From: Octopus sinensis
Taxonomy: Eukaryota
Assembly: GCF_006345805.1 (NCBI RefSeq)
Contig: NC_042998.1
Span: forward strand, 44,826,001 to 44,890,000
Direction of reading: 5' to 3'
Length of the DNA: 64,000 bases
This document shows, piece by piece, positions 40,848-54,202 of the stretch. A model generated the notes under the pieces. The model was not told the DNA's origin and did no database searches. It saw only the letters and a list, made by a program, of their open reading frames with translations. How positions within the stretch are numbered: position 1 is the stretch's first letter; the number at the start of each line of letters is the position of its first letter. The position numbers were made by a program, and so were the translations under genes.

Positions 40848-41398
40848 TCTTCCAACTCCACTCACAGCTACTGCAACACAAGCTACTTCTATATCGGGTA
40901 GATTTCCTTCAACCCTCGCCTTAGAAGCCTTTCTTCCAAGGTACGTAGGTAGAAGTACCATTTCCTCCGTTTTTACAGTTGCACTAGCCAGCCTCTTTTC
41001 CTCTTCCGCTGTCCTAAACTGGACAACCACTGCCCCATATCCATTTCCTTTCGTTATGTAAGTCACTTCCTTCGAAAGCCCCCCTTCAATGCTTTTTCTA
41101 CTTATTCCATCTCCACCCGCTCCACTTTCCTTCTCTCCACTGAGTACACCTTGTAGGTAGTGGTGTTTTCCATATTTTCCATAACCCTTTTGGGGAGTAA
41201 TAACTTTACGTCACCATCCACCTTCTGTGTCATCTTACTCAGCTCCTTCAGTCCGGCTAGGTCCACCGCCTTTTTCTCCACCTCTGCAGCCTCAGCAAAG
41301 CTCTTTACTCTTTCCAAATGCTCGTTCATTCTATTTACCGCTTTAACGAGTTCCTCCTCCGCTGAGGACAGTTCATACTCTCTATGGTCTGAATACAT
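40848..41398 (-). pseudogene. Disrupted LINE ORF1-like N-terminal half, probably L1/Tx1 clade
   Basis: ORFs 41102-41398 and 40833-41066 join through one stop and a 1-bp frameshift in a G run: MYSDHREYELSSAEEELVKAVNRMNEHLERVK..KVYSVERRKVERVEME*VEKALKG/GLSKEVTYITKGNGYGAVVVQFRTAEEEKRLASATVKTEEMVLLPTYLGRKASKARV. Coiled-coil-like start followed by an RRM-like segment. Clade call is by recollection only. Confidence 0.55.
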
Positions 41399-43448
41399 TT
41401 TTTTCTTCCGGGTTTGTTCTCCGGGTTTGTTCTATTATGAATGGAATTCTTGACTGTAAGGTAGACGATGCCCGTGTTTTTTACTATTTTTGGCTTCACC
41501 AGAGCAGCAAAACAGATGACGTTAAAAACAAACCTCAATTTCCGTTTGAATCCGATTCGCTAAACTTCTGCTGCTTCTGTTCCCTTTGAAGCATGATAAT
41601 CACAACTTTTGAATCTCTTCCACTGAAATATGCCGCCTTTGTACCAAGGCCAATGAAATCAATAATGGAAAACCTACATTTTTAACTATTCTTAACAAAG
41701 AACAGATAATAATTATCTTCATCTGTGATAAAACTAAATATGGGAAATTGAAAAATCAATAGAACTACACTGGTTTGTAGAAGTAAACAAGAAAAATACT
41801 GATACTATTATTAAAGTTATAAATAATAACCGGATAAGAATTCTCTAAGGAAATCGACAGAGAAAAGGTTTGGTTTGGTTTTTTGCTTGTTTGTTTTTTA
41901 ATTTCATTTTTATAGTTGCCAATCATTGCCAATCATTCCACAAGTGTAAGTCAACTAAAACTAAAATTAAGAATCAAATTATTTCCAAGATATCACATCC
42001 TCTGATTATATATCTCTGCGAGAGAAAATTTTTGTCTTTATATATTTATTGTTCTGCGAATGCATTCGTATCTACGCAAATGTGTGTGAATGGCTGCGTG
42101 TTCTTGGCGAGCAGTAAGTGCAAAACCCATTCCTTTTATGCAGAGGAGGATTATTTAGATTAAAATTGTTATGTTAGTTCACTAAATTAAGTTTACATTT
42201 CGTTGCAAGAAATCTATTAATATCCAATTTTAGAATACCTAACGGTTCATGCCATAGTTAAGTTTTCTCCATTTGAATTTGAATTCAATATTATTTTTTA
42301 AGAAAATTAAAATAGAATAGAATTCATTTTATGGTATAATTTGTGAATATCAACATCATACTTTAAAAATGTGCGAATATGTTTATATGTCAGTTTTAAA
42401 TATAATAGCTTTTCCTACTTACATATGTTCTCAAAATGTGAGTTTGAATATGTGTGTGTGTGTGTGTGTGTTTCAAATCGATATTTACCAATAAAACGAG
42501 AAATAAAATTAAATCTATTTTCCGTCTATTTAATTTCAGACGAAAAATTTCTACTTTTTTAATATATTTTTGCGAAGGAAATGGGTGGGGGGCTGATGTA
42601 ATGATATAAAATTCTGATAAAAACTAAACATAATATATATTACAAATAGTGAGAAATAAATAGCCCTACGTTCTAAATTTAGCTTTTCACTATATATTTA
42701 AAATTATTCTCTTCTTACTTTCCTTTTCATAGATTATATACCAGAGTACCAAGTTTGCTGTAGGTAACACTAAATATTCGGTTCAAATATCACTAAAAAT
42801 AAAATCTGGGTTACTCCCTAAACGAGCGGTCTGCTCATTGAATTACAAATTGCTTTGACAAAATTTAACTTGGGATTTCTCAACAAAAATATGCGAAAAA
42901 TAACAACTTAAAATCCCATTAAATTTCTAATTCCTTTCATATCGGATCAGGAGAACTGCTAAGTTGGAGCACAAATCATTTATTTTGCTTCCTCATCGAG
43001 TGGCATATTATTTTAGTTCCTCATGGAGGAGGAAAGATCTTCTTTAGTACTTGGTTGTACAATGCTTTCCAATGTGTGTAGTAGTGGCGCGCCCACACAT
43101 TATTAGCCATTTGAAAAGACTATAAGTCTCGACCACGGTCGAACAATGATGATGATGATGATTTTAGTTTGGTTTCTTCTTAAAGGGGTGACTTTTCTCT
43201 CATTGCTTCTCCATCGCAGATCAACGTAACCTAGAATAATACCATCGCTGGAAATTTGACCGCGGTGAAATTTGAACCCAGAAGTTGAAAACCCGAAGAC
43301 ATCCCGCTAAGTATTTTGTCCGATGCGTTAACGATTCTGCCAGCTCGCCACCTTACAAGTAATAAATATAAACAGCGGTTAAAAGCAGTCAATGACAATA
43401 ATCTGTAGAACATCCGACGTAATACCACTCTGCAATATTGAACAAGAT

Positions 43449-44019
43449 ACAAGGCGGCAAGCTGGCAGAATCGTTAGCACGCCGGGCGAAATGCTTAGCG
43501 GTATATCGTCTGCCGCTACGTTCTGAGTTCAAATTCCGCCGAGGTCAACTTTGCCTTTCATCATTTCGGGGTCGATAAATTAAGTACCAGTTACACACTG
43601 GAGTCGATGTAGTCGACTTAATCCGTTTGTCTGTTCTTGTTTGTCCTCTCTCTGTTTAGCCCCTTGTAGGCAATAAAGAAATAGGTATATCGTCTGCCGC
43701 TACGTTCTGAGTTCAAATTCCGCCGAGGTCAACTTTGCGGGGTCGATTAAATAAGTACCAGTTACGCACTGGGGTCAATATAATTGACATAATCCGTTTG
43801 TCTGCCCTTGTTTGTCCTCTCTGTGTTTAACCCCTTGTGGGTAGTAAAGAAATAGGTATTTCGTCTGCCGCTACGCTCTGAGTTCAAATTCCGCCAAGGT
43901 CGACTTTCCCTTTCATCCTTTCGGAGTCGATAAATTAAGTACCAGTTGCGTACTGGGGTCGATCTAATCGACTGGTTCTCTTCCTAAAAAATTCGGGCCT
44001 TGTGCCTAGAGTAGAAAAG
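43449..44019 (+). mobile_element. tRNA-derived SINE family A, trimer within one TSD
   Basis: One head (A-box TGGCAGAATCG, B-box GAGTTCAAATTCC) and three body units joined at GAAATAGGTAT(A/T)TC (43678, 43849). TSD AATATTGAACAAGAT at 43434-43448 and 44020-44034. Confidence 0.9.
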
Positions 44020-44262
44020 AATATTGAACAAGATCCTTTCAGTTTCTCGGTTCAAATCTCGTGTTGTTTACGTAGTCTTTGATCCTTCTGGAGATGGAAA
44101 ATAATTACCAGAGAAGTACTGCAGTCAATTACATTTATTCTACTTCTCTGATAAATATGAAGCCCTTGAGGCGAAGATTGAAATTAATATGAATTTATTG
44201 ATTCGATGATATAAACATCTATGTATATACATATCCATATATCTATACACACATACATATAT

Positions 44263-44329
<67 letters not shown>

Positions 44330-45072
44330 AAACATGTAATTCTATAAGCCTAAACTCAAACAAAATAATATTTTCTCTTCAACAGAGAACTCTTCTTGCG
44401 TTGCTAGGAAAACACTGTGAAAGAAAAGAAAAACAAGAGTGAATTCATATCGGTTACAAGAAACCTTGTTGCTTATCTAGATACACACACACACACATAC
44501 AAATATATATGATTACTTTTATAGGAAAAATTGTGTGTGCGATTATTACACACGCACTCAGATATACATAGCATATATAGCATACATATAACATACGTGA
44601 GTGTGTGTAAACAAATATACCGTATATTATTGCTCGTGGCTGATAGCGTCAATGGTTATATTCACATTGATGTACTAAGTAACAATCTACGTTCTCTGTT
44701 ACACGAAGAACATACACAATAACACTAAGATATTTACAAAGCAGTGGTGCTTCAGATGATGCTATGGCAGGTACAATATTGGGTAAGATGTCAGATAAAA
44801 AAAGTAAATGGTTTTGACTACGACCATATCTGCTACAAGAGTTTCAGCTGAGATATTTCACGAGAAATTTAGATAAGGAATTGCAACACTCTCAACCTTA
44901 AAAAACAAAAAGGAATATTAGAAACCAAAACCTTCCTAATCAAAAACAATAAGTAGTTATATCGACGATGTAAACATGTGTTCTTCGAAACTCATGAAAA
45001 TACAGCAGATGTCAAGTGACCTATGTCTGACTTCTTGGTGTTTTTCTGTTTCAATAACAAATGTGAGAAACA

Positions 45073-45327
45073 TCCGTCCATCCATTCAGCCAGCCATCCA
45101 TTCATCCAGCCATCCATTCATCCAGCTATTCATTTATCCATCCATCCATACATACATCCATTCATCCATCCGTTCTTCTGTTCATCCATCTATCCATCCA
45201 TCTATCCCTCCATCCATACACATTCATGCATCCATCCATTTATCCATCGATCGATCCATCCATCTATTCATCCATCGATCGATCCATCCATCTATTCATC
45301 CATCCATCCATTCATCCATCCATCCAT
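45073..45327. repeat. Degenerate (CCAT)n; a degenerate (GAAT)n tract lies at 62722-62960
   Basis: Read directly from the sequence. Confidence 0.9.
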
Positions 45328-45394
45328 CTTCTCCGCCCACACTTCCTAGAAAGGTCATATATAGAGAATCGTCCTTCATAGAGTCCTATCAGAA

Positions 45395-45832
45395 GTAATC
45401 GCCATTAAACTTTCTGGCCGGATTCCTAAGTGTGACTCCCGGTTGGCTCAACTTAAAGAATCCGTCTTGAAATTCTTTCCTGCAGCTTTCTAATCACATT
45501 TCTGTAGTACCGGAGCTGTGATATTACAGTGAGGAGAAGTAGCGGTTCGACCTTTAGCGATTCGTTGATCTTCAAGCTATGTACTCTGTCAAATAAACGT
45601 TGCTGTAGAAATCCTTTGAGGGAACCTCATTTCGGCCGCTTGTATTCGCTCTCGTATTCTTTCGGTCATTACCCAACATCGATGACTACAAGTAAAGACA
45701 AGCACGTAAACTGAATTAAAGATAGCGAGTTTGGCATTTTTGCCAACATCTCCTCTTCTGAGGATGGAATGCTAGAGCTGGCGCATAACTGTGCCAACAC
45801 CTGCAAGCATCCAGTTCAGCCTCCTGCCTTCC
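45395..45832 (-). mobile_element. RTE-clade LINE RT C-terminal fragment
   Basis: Translates with frameshifts to AKLAIFNSVYVLVFTCSHRCWVMTERIRERIQAAEMRF..LFDRVHSLKINESLKVEPLLL..SQLRYY. Confidence 0.8.
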
Positions 45833-46239
45833 AACATACATGAAAACATTTCATATGCAAATAAATTCAATGTTCTAGGTTCGCTTAACTGGCTTCGAGA
45901 AACAAATTACAAGAGTATCGTCATGAAGTGGGATATAATGGTAAATTACAACACAGCAGGAACACTCTAGGAAGACAGAATGAACTCAATGTACACATAT
46001 ATCGTGTTGTTTTCTATATAAATCAAAGACTGGATTCACACTTCACATCCTTTGTCTCTCTAATCAAATTTAATCATATCAAGTTACCTCGTAATTAAAA
46101 CATTTCAAAATATACAAGCAACAAAAGCTATTTAAAGATAGACAGATAGATAGACAGAAGAACATCTGTTAGTATTTGTTCACGAGCCGTTGTAAACCTG
46201 TGCAACGAAAATCATATGTATTGTACAGAAAATAATTAT

Positions 46240-46670
46240 AATAAATCTTACTAATTTTGGCACAATGCCAACGATTTTGAGGATAGGGGAGGAGAGTCGA
46301 TTACATTGACCCCAATATTTTATTTTGTCGACTACGAGAGAATGAAAGGCAAACTCGACTTCGGTGGCATTTGAACTCAGAACGTAAAGATCTGGACGAA
46401 ATGTCACTACGCATTTGTACTGCGTGTTAACGAATCTGCCGGCTCACCGCCTTGATAGTAACCCTTTCTACTATAAGACAAAGACCTGTAATTTGGGGCG
46501 GGGCTAGTCGATTATATCGACTCCAATGCCAACTGGTACTTATTTTATCGATCCAAAAGGATGAAAGGTAAAGCTGACCGCGGTGAAATTAGAACCTAGA
46601 ACATAAGATGGACGAAATGCCGTTAACCATTTTGCCCGGTATGCTAGCGATTCTGCCAACTCACGGCCTT
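46240..46670 (-). mobile_element. Two stacked family-A SINEs
   Basis: Two head/body/tail sets, head-to-tail on the minus strand. Confidence 0.78.
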
Positions 46671-47415
46671 AATAAAATTGATAATAGTAATAATATGCTA
46701 TTAATATACTGTTAATTTTTCCGGACACACAAAGTGAAGAGTAATGTTTACAGAATTGATTCCAGTGTATTACTAATGCATATTTTATCGTCTTTTGAAT
46801 GGATAAATGCCAATGTCTGTCCATGTATTATACAAATTAAATGAGTAGATGGTATGGAGTATGAATTAAACTTCTTGCGAGTGGAATCTACAACCGGTCT
46901 TCCATTCCTGGCTAAAGTAATTTCTTTTCACTTCCGTTGTTACAACTGGTAGTAAAATCATGAACTTTTCACATAATGATTTCCATTTCCACTGAAATAT
47001 ATAATGATAACTGTCCATTCAACAAGAAACCAATATATTAATCATGCCCACTAATTATATTTATTGACTGAATTGGCTAATTATATATATGAAGCATATA
47101 TACATTAATTGTTTTAGAAATGATTTAAATAACACCTATTTTCAATTAGTGATACATCAAATAGCTTTGCTAAGCATTCAACATTACTATTCGATGTAAC
47201 TAGTGCAGACTTACAATTCATATTTTCATTATTACAATGATCTAAATTAAATTTAGCATTTATTCCACACTGTTTCCAATAGAGACTACAGATAACTTTG
47301 ATCGAAAGATTCTTGGCATTTAAATTGGTATCTGTAAAATGATCGTGTTTCAAAGCCATAGACCAATATTTAACATTTCTCATAATCTCATTCCTCAGAT
47401 CTGTTTAAGCTAAAG

Positions 47416-47745
47416 TCTACTCTTCTCTATGGGTCAGAAGCTTTGATGCTGTACAGGTCAAGCTTCTGGAACGCTTCCACCAGAGATGCCTTCATTCCAT
47501 CATAGACATCTCACGGAAGATACACGTCACTAAGGACAAAGTCTTCCAACTGACCAACGTCCCCAGCAGTGATACTATGCTGCTACACAAAATGCTCAGA
47601 AGGGCAGGACTCGTCACACGCATGGGCAAATCAAGATGGCCAATAGCCGTATTCTACAAGCTCAGCCAGTGCAAAAAGACAGAGGAGAACCCCAAGTAGG
47701 CGATTCAAAGACCAGTTGAAATACCAGCTCACTCAGGTAGGGACA
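47416..47745 (+). mobile_element. RTE (BovB-like) LINE RT C-terminal fragment
   Basis: STLLYGSEA../VKLLERFHQRCLHSIIDI..HKMLRRAGLVTRMGKSRWPIAVFY..RRFKDQLK. Confidence 0.82.
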
Positions 47746-47811
47746 GGCATCAGAGGGTGCCAAAAGATATACTGTAAAACATTTCTGCCGACGTGCCTTT
47801 TTCTTTTTTTT

Positions 47812-48215
47812 TTATTGCCCACAAGGGGCTAAACACAGAGGGGACAAACAAAGGCAGACAAACTGATTAAGTCGATTATATCGACTCCAGTGCATAACTG
47901 GTACTTAATTTATTGACCCCGAAAGGATGAAAGGCAAAGCCGACCTCGGCGGAATTTGAACTCAGAAAAGTAACAGCAGACGAAATACCTATTTCTTTAC
48001 TACCAACAAGGGGCTAGACACAGAGAGAATAAACAAGGACAGACAAACGGATTAAGTCGATTATATCGACCCCAGTGCTTAACTGGTACTTATTTAATCG
48101 ACTCCGAAAGGATGAAAGGCAAAGTTGACTTCGGCAGAATTTGAACTCAGAACGTAACGGCTGACGAAATACGGCTACGCATTTCGCCCGGCGTGCTAAC
48201 GACTCTGCCAGCTCG
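47812..48215 (-). mobile_element. SINE family A dimer
   Basis: Junction GAAATACCTATTTC at 47982-47995; both units have the type-2 tail. Confidence 0.88.
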
Positions 48216-50904
48216 TGCCAACGATCCTGCTACTTTCTTACCTGCAGAGCAGCGCGAAATAAAGTGTTTTGCTCAAGAACACCATGCACCACTCGCCCCG
48301 CTCCAAAATCAAACCCACGATCTAGTGAGTGCAACATGCCTTCACCATCCTCATTGCTGCTCTGTAAATATATCCTTCCTTGTTTAAAGCAGTTGTGTGT
48401 GATTTATGAATGGCAGAGACTTGTTTGCTATTTCTAACAAACCACTTGAATGCTACCACGCTAGCTCACATTCCTCATGAAAACAAAAGGCGATGGGGTG
48501 ACAGAATTACTAGGTTCAATGTTATCAATTAATTTCCCTCCCTTCAATGCTCCTGGCTTTATGCCTAAATTAGAAGCTATTACTATTAATGACGGAGGCA
48601 GATTAACAGAATCGTTGAACAAAAGGTCTTCCAAGATCAAATTCCGTAGAAGTCACTTTTGCCTTCCATCCTCCAGGGTCGGTACTATCTATGGGTGAAA
48701 TAGATTTTTGTAAATATAAATTGAGCTCGTTAGCTGAGGTGAAAGCAATCTATCTGGGAGAAGAAAAGCTCCAAAATTAATACCCTCTTTCAACATGCCC
48801 CAAACCAGCACAAATAAAGTATAACTGATAAAACTAATGAGGTACGTCCAGTAACGTTGATTCAAATCAGAGGAGGTCACCTTCAGACCCTCAACAGGTG
48901 GCTAAGAGAGCATATCAGCAGCCCTGGACTGGCGTGTCCTGAATGTTCTTGCCAAGGATCGAATACTGTGTAGGTAATTATCTCATTTTCGTGCACATGA
49001 TGTCGCAGACAGGGATAGCTGGAAATCATTATCTACGAAAACGTTATTTTCCTGGGGAGATGGGGAGTATTTTGCAGGGGTTTTTTTCCTCCCATTTATT
49101 TTGTTTGCGAAGCTTAATATTTAATAGTGTAAACTCATAGCAGCAATTTTATTTTCATTTAGATTCTTAATTTGTACTTTTCTGACAACACTTGCTTTCT
49201 TTCAGTAGTACCGTTTTATTTTTATTCTTAGTTTTAGTTTTTTTTTAGTTTTTTAATGTTAACACAGTTGAGTAGAAAGATCATTTTTTATAATGTGTCA
49301 AATCTGCGACTGGTTTCTAGTTCCTATTGTTTCTCGTTATTCTAGTTGACTTTTGTTTCTTCCTTAATGTCCTTAGCAAAAGTGCGAAACTTCACAACTC
49401 ACATTTACTCCTGTTTTTCAATAATGTTAATTAACCGTTAGAAGAATTCTCCTAAAATGTCAAACACTTGATTTGATTTTAACAATATAATATTGAAGTT
49501 GGGCATAAAAAAAATGTAGGAAGATAATATAATATTAAATGATTTCTAACAAATTCCTCTGCTTCTGAGACAACGCTAAGCCACTAATGCTGATTGAGCT
49601 ATTATTATCGTTGTTAAGGTGGCGAGCTTGCAGAGTCATTAACACGACGAGCAAAATGCTTAGTGGCTTTTTGTCTGCCTCAACGTTCTGAGTTCAAATT
49701 CCACCAAGGTCAACATTGCCTTTCATCCTACATATGGACTCACTCCAAAATTCACTGTTGTTTTTGTTACTGATTAATTCCAGTTTAGAACTATGATCAA
49801 AAGTATTCCAGCCGTAACCCTCCCGCCTTTTATTCCGATAGTTTACCTTCTGACAACATTCTCCAATGCGCTCTTGTTTTTTTTTAAACCATTTAAAAGG
49901 TGATTTGAGAGAGGTTTGGCTGGTATTTCTAACCGGTTGTTCTGCCATAGAGAGGTTTCTCCTATGTGATGGCCGATGTTGGCGATGGTGTTGATGGTGT
50001 TGATACTGGGGGCAATATTATTGTTGGTGGTAACCGTTGAGGTGATAGGGGACAGTGGTGCTACGATTTATGCTTCTGTGTGTACGATTTTTTCTGTTAG
50101 CTGCTATGTACGATATCGTATTTTGTGTATACGTTCGTGTGTACATGTTTGCTCATATTTTGGGATATGAATATATCAGCATATCATGAGGGTATGCAGT
50201 GAATTGCTACTATGTTTAGGCTGATTAATTCTGGTAAAAAAAAAGTGAAATTTATTACAAATAGAATATAGTGTAGAGAAAATCTAATGTTGAGCAGTGC
50301 AGAGGTAACTCCGATCGTGTTTCATTCTTATTAACCCTCCGAATTAAATCTTAATCTGTCCATGACTGTTAATCGTAGAGGACTAAAAAGATATTGGTGG
50401 GGTTGTGAATGAAGGCAGACTAACACGGCATTCTCAGAACGTCGGACAAAATACCTTGCCTCTATACGTTCGGGCTCCGAGTTCAAATCTCGCCGAAGTT
50501 AAATTTTCCTTTCTACCTTTCGCAATCAATAAAATAAAGTAGCATTCTAGTACTTGAGTCGATGTAATCGACTGACTAGGCCCTTAATTTCAAGTCTTGC
50601 ACCAATCTCAGACAATTTTAAGATACCGAGGGATGCACCATGAAAACATAATAATGAAAACATAATGCCAGCATACAAAAGTGTATACTAGCATGCTTGG
50701 TGAAGTGAACCACTACATTTCACATGCAGTTTTAATTGATTTTAATTAGGAGATTGTCTTCCATATAGTTTTCCAACCATAACTGATCATTTAGATAATG
50801 ATTATTTTCATCCCTTTAAGTGTGAATTCAATTAAAATTTCGCTGGGTGCACAAACTATGTTGCTGCAAAGTAGCACTGGATTGTCGAGTTCTGGCAAAT
50901 AGTC

Positions 50905-51330
50905 GATCGAATTTGACCATGTGGACAATTGATCGAATTTCTTCTGTTGGACAGGTGATTTAATTTGCACAAGAGGGTATATGATCGAATTTACCCTGGA
51001 GGACAGTTAATCGAATTTTATCAAATGGACAGTGGGTCGAATTTTCTCTAGAGAATAATTTGGTCGAATTTGCTCTGGAGAATAATTTGGTCGAATTTAC
51101 TTTAGGGGACAATTGATCGAATTTAATCAAGGAGACAGTTGATCTAATTTGCACAAGTGGACGAATGATTGAATTTGCTTGGGAAGACAATTGATTGAAT
51201 TTGCGCTAGAGGACAGTTGATCAAATTTGCTCTGGTAGACAGTTGTCTGAATTTTCTCAACTGGAAAGTTAATAGCATTTTCGTGGAGACAATTGGTCGA
51301 GTTTGCTCAAGTGGACAGTTGATCGAATTT
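50905..51330. repeat. Degenerate 26-bp tandem array, 17 units
   Basis: Unit is GATCGAATTT + 8 variable nt + GGACARTT. Unit starts at 50905, 50931, 50957 ... 51321 (spacing 26, twice 27, once 24). Confidence 0.9.
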
Positions 51331-51865
51331 CCTCTGTGCATGCGTTTTAATTTTTTTCTCTCTCTTCTTTTCTATGTAAGCTATATTTCAGGTATACTAC
51401 TTGCGTGTGTATTAATGTATGCATACAAGTAGCTGTATTGTTTGCACACCATACATAAACCAATTAATCAACCAACGTTTATATCGGCTATTATTAAATG
51501 TGCCTGTGTGCAGGAGTGTATGCATGCATGTGTGTGCGTGTGTGCATGTGTGCACGTGTGTTATATATAGTATATAAATATATTACATATATGTAATACA
51601 TCTATATATTTCTTTCGTGTATTGTATATTTATAATATATATATAGATGCATGTGTGTGTATGTGTGTGCGTGTGTGTGTGTGTGTGTGTATGTGTGCGT
51701 GTATGTGTGTGCGTGTGTGTGTGTGTGTGCAGGGGCAGGCAGACAGGAAAACAAAAAAAGTGGAAAAGAGGAATCGTTAGGGAAATAAATTGCAAACGAT
51801 TATAAATTGACATTGATGTGAAATAAATCACTTTATAACGTTACCCGGGAGACATAAAAATAAAT

Positions 51866-51935
<70 letters not shown>

Positions 51936-52021
51936 GTATGTATATATACATATTACATATTTATATATATATATATATATTATATATATATATATAAATG
52001 TATGTATATATCATATTACAT

Positions 52022-52270
52022 ATAAAGGGTAAAGACCCCCTTCGGTCATGTGTGACCATGGGTTTGCACCTAGAGAGTTATCCTCTGAGGCACAAGTCTG
52101 GGCAAGGTTGTTTTTATGGAAGACCAGCAGTCGCCCATGCATACCGGCCTCCCCTCTCCACGCCACCAGTGTTATCCAAGGGAAAGCCAAAGGTCGATAC
52201 AGCTTGGCACCAGTGACGTCGCAACTCATTTCTACAGCTGAGTGAACTGGAGCAACGTGAAATAAAGTGC
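52022..52270 (-). mobile_element. 3' portion of another CORE-like SINE between (TA)n tracts
   Basis: Shares the CTGAGTGAACTGGAGCAACGTGAAATAAAGTG block with families C and D; distinct GC-rich tail. Confidence 0.6.
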
Positions 52271-52345
<75 letters not shown>

Positions 52346-52368
52346 ATATATATTACATATTTATACAT

Positions 52369-52630
52369 AGGCGCTACCTTGGTTGTGGTAAGAAGGCTTG
52401 CTTTCCAACCACATGGATTCGGGTTCAGTCCCAATGCGCGGCACCTTGGGCAACTGACTTCTACAATAGCTTCGGACTAAGTTCACAGTGTGTGTGTGTG
52501 TATGTATGTGCATGTGTTTGTGTGTGCGTACGTGTGTGTTCTTGTCTTCCCCCCACACAAACACACCGCTTTGGAACTAATGTTGGTTTGTTTACGTCCC
52601 CATAACAAAGCGATTCGGCAAAAGACACAT
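52369..52630 (+). mobile_element. Family-B SINE, internally deleted
   Basis: AGGCGC head, GGGTTCAGTCCC, GGCACCTTGGGCAA, TG microsatellite, GTTTACGTCCCCATAAC..GGCAAAAGA. Confidence 0.75.
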
Positions 52631-52999
52631 GTTTAAGTGAGAAGCAGGTGCGATCTAATGATTCCTTCCTTGACTGATGTCAGAGAATCCAAGCGGTGGG
52701 AACACCCTCTGAGACAAATAGGAAAAATGAAATATAATAAAACACCCATACAGTCCATAAATAGTGAATTCTTCTGTAAACAAAATTTTGGAAAAAAATT
52801 GAACATTTTTGAAATAATTGCAAGAATGAGTCAGTAATGAAATTGCATTTGGTTTCGTAACTTTCATTGTTGTTCGAGGAGTGACAGGGTTTTGTAACTA
52901 ACTTCTTGGAGAATGCGAAGAGAGAGAGAGGGGGAGGGAGGAAGGAATGAGATAGAGAGAGAGAGAGAGAGGAGAAACAGAGAGAGTAAGAGAGAATGA

Positions 53000-53517
53000 G
53001 ACGATGATGGTGATGAGGAGGAGGAGGAGAAGGAGGAGGAGGAGGAAGGTCGTGATGGTAGAAGTGGTAGTGTCGGTAGTGGCACTTGCAGTGGTAGTGA
53101 TCGTTGGTGGTGATGATAGTTGTGACGGTAGTGGTAGTAGTATTGGTAGAGATTTTTGTAGTTGTAGTAGTAGTAGTTGTTGTAGTGATGTAAGTGGTGG
53201 TGGCGATGGCAGTAGTTGTAATAGTAGTAATAGCAGTAACAATGTAGTAGTAGTAGTAGTTGCAGCAGCAGCATAGTAGTAGTAGTAGTATAGTAGTAGT
53301 AGTAGTAGTATAGTAGTAGTAGTAGTAGTATGGTTAGTTTTTCTTCCTAATTCCATACAAATTCATTTAATTCCTGATATTTAGTGAAATGATGGCTTGT
53401 TGACGAGAAGTGAGTGTGAGTAATAATTAATAACGACGAAGACAATGATGACGATGATGACGACGACAACGACAACGATGACAACGACAACGATGACAAC
53501 GACAACGACGACGACGT

Positions 53518-53563
<46 letters not shown>

Positions 53564-53582
53564 GATGATGATGATGATGATA
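53000..53582. repeat. Low-complexity GAG/GTA/GGT tract and (GAC/GAT)n tract
   Basis: Read directly; contains the 53126-53210 segment that recurs at 54916-54991. Confidence 0.92.
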
Positions 53583-53884
53583 TAGATGGTATAAAGCAGA
53601 GAAGGAACTGCGTCAGAATGTGATTATTTGACTCCTGGAGAACGGCGTAAATTGTTCGTTCTGCAAGAAATACTAAAAACAATCTCTGTGGATTACAATT
53701 ATTAAAAATAGATTATGGAATAGAAGCGAAGGAATAGGAAATTAACAGCTGCTTATAAAAAAAAAAAGCAGTATGGAGTAGAATATAGCAAGAACTAAAG
53801 CACCAGATTCATGAAATAAGCTCAATAGAAATTATATACGCACACACATACACGCACCACGCACAAATATACCGACACTCTATT

Positions 53885-54202
53885 GGTTATTGGTTACGAC
53901 GACGAGAGTTCCAGTTGATCCGATCAACGGATCAGCCTGCTCTTGAAATTAACGGGCAAGTGGCTGAGCACTCCACAGGCACATGTACCGTTAAGGTTGT
54001 TCTCAGGGAAATTCAGTGTGACATAGAGTGTGACAAGGCTGGCCTTTGGAAATAAAAGTACTGCTCGTTTTTGTGAACTGAATGGACTAGAGCAACGTAA
54101 AATGAAGTGTCTTGCTCAAGGACACAGCACATCGCCGAGAATTGAACTCACGACTTTATGATCGTGAGCCGAATACCCTAACCATTAAGCCACGCGCCTT
54201 AA
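53885..54202 (-). mobile_element. CORE-like SINE (family D)
   Basis: Head AGGCGCGTGGCTTAATGG, CORE-like TGTCCTTGAGCAAGACACTT, tail AGCAGGCTGATCCGTTGATCGGATCAACTGGAACTCTCGTCG. A plus-strand relative lies at about 35235-35515. Confidence 0.75.

Noticed and set aside
47114-47400. 89-aa minus-strand ORF in AT-rich unique DNA
   Set aside because: No recognisable domain or splice signals; length is within chance range.
50905-51330. CRISPR-like repeat/spacer look of the 26-bp array
   Set aside because: Spacers are only 8 nt, repeats are degenerate, there are no cas genes, and the context is eukaryotic.
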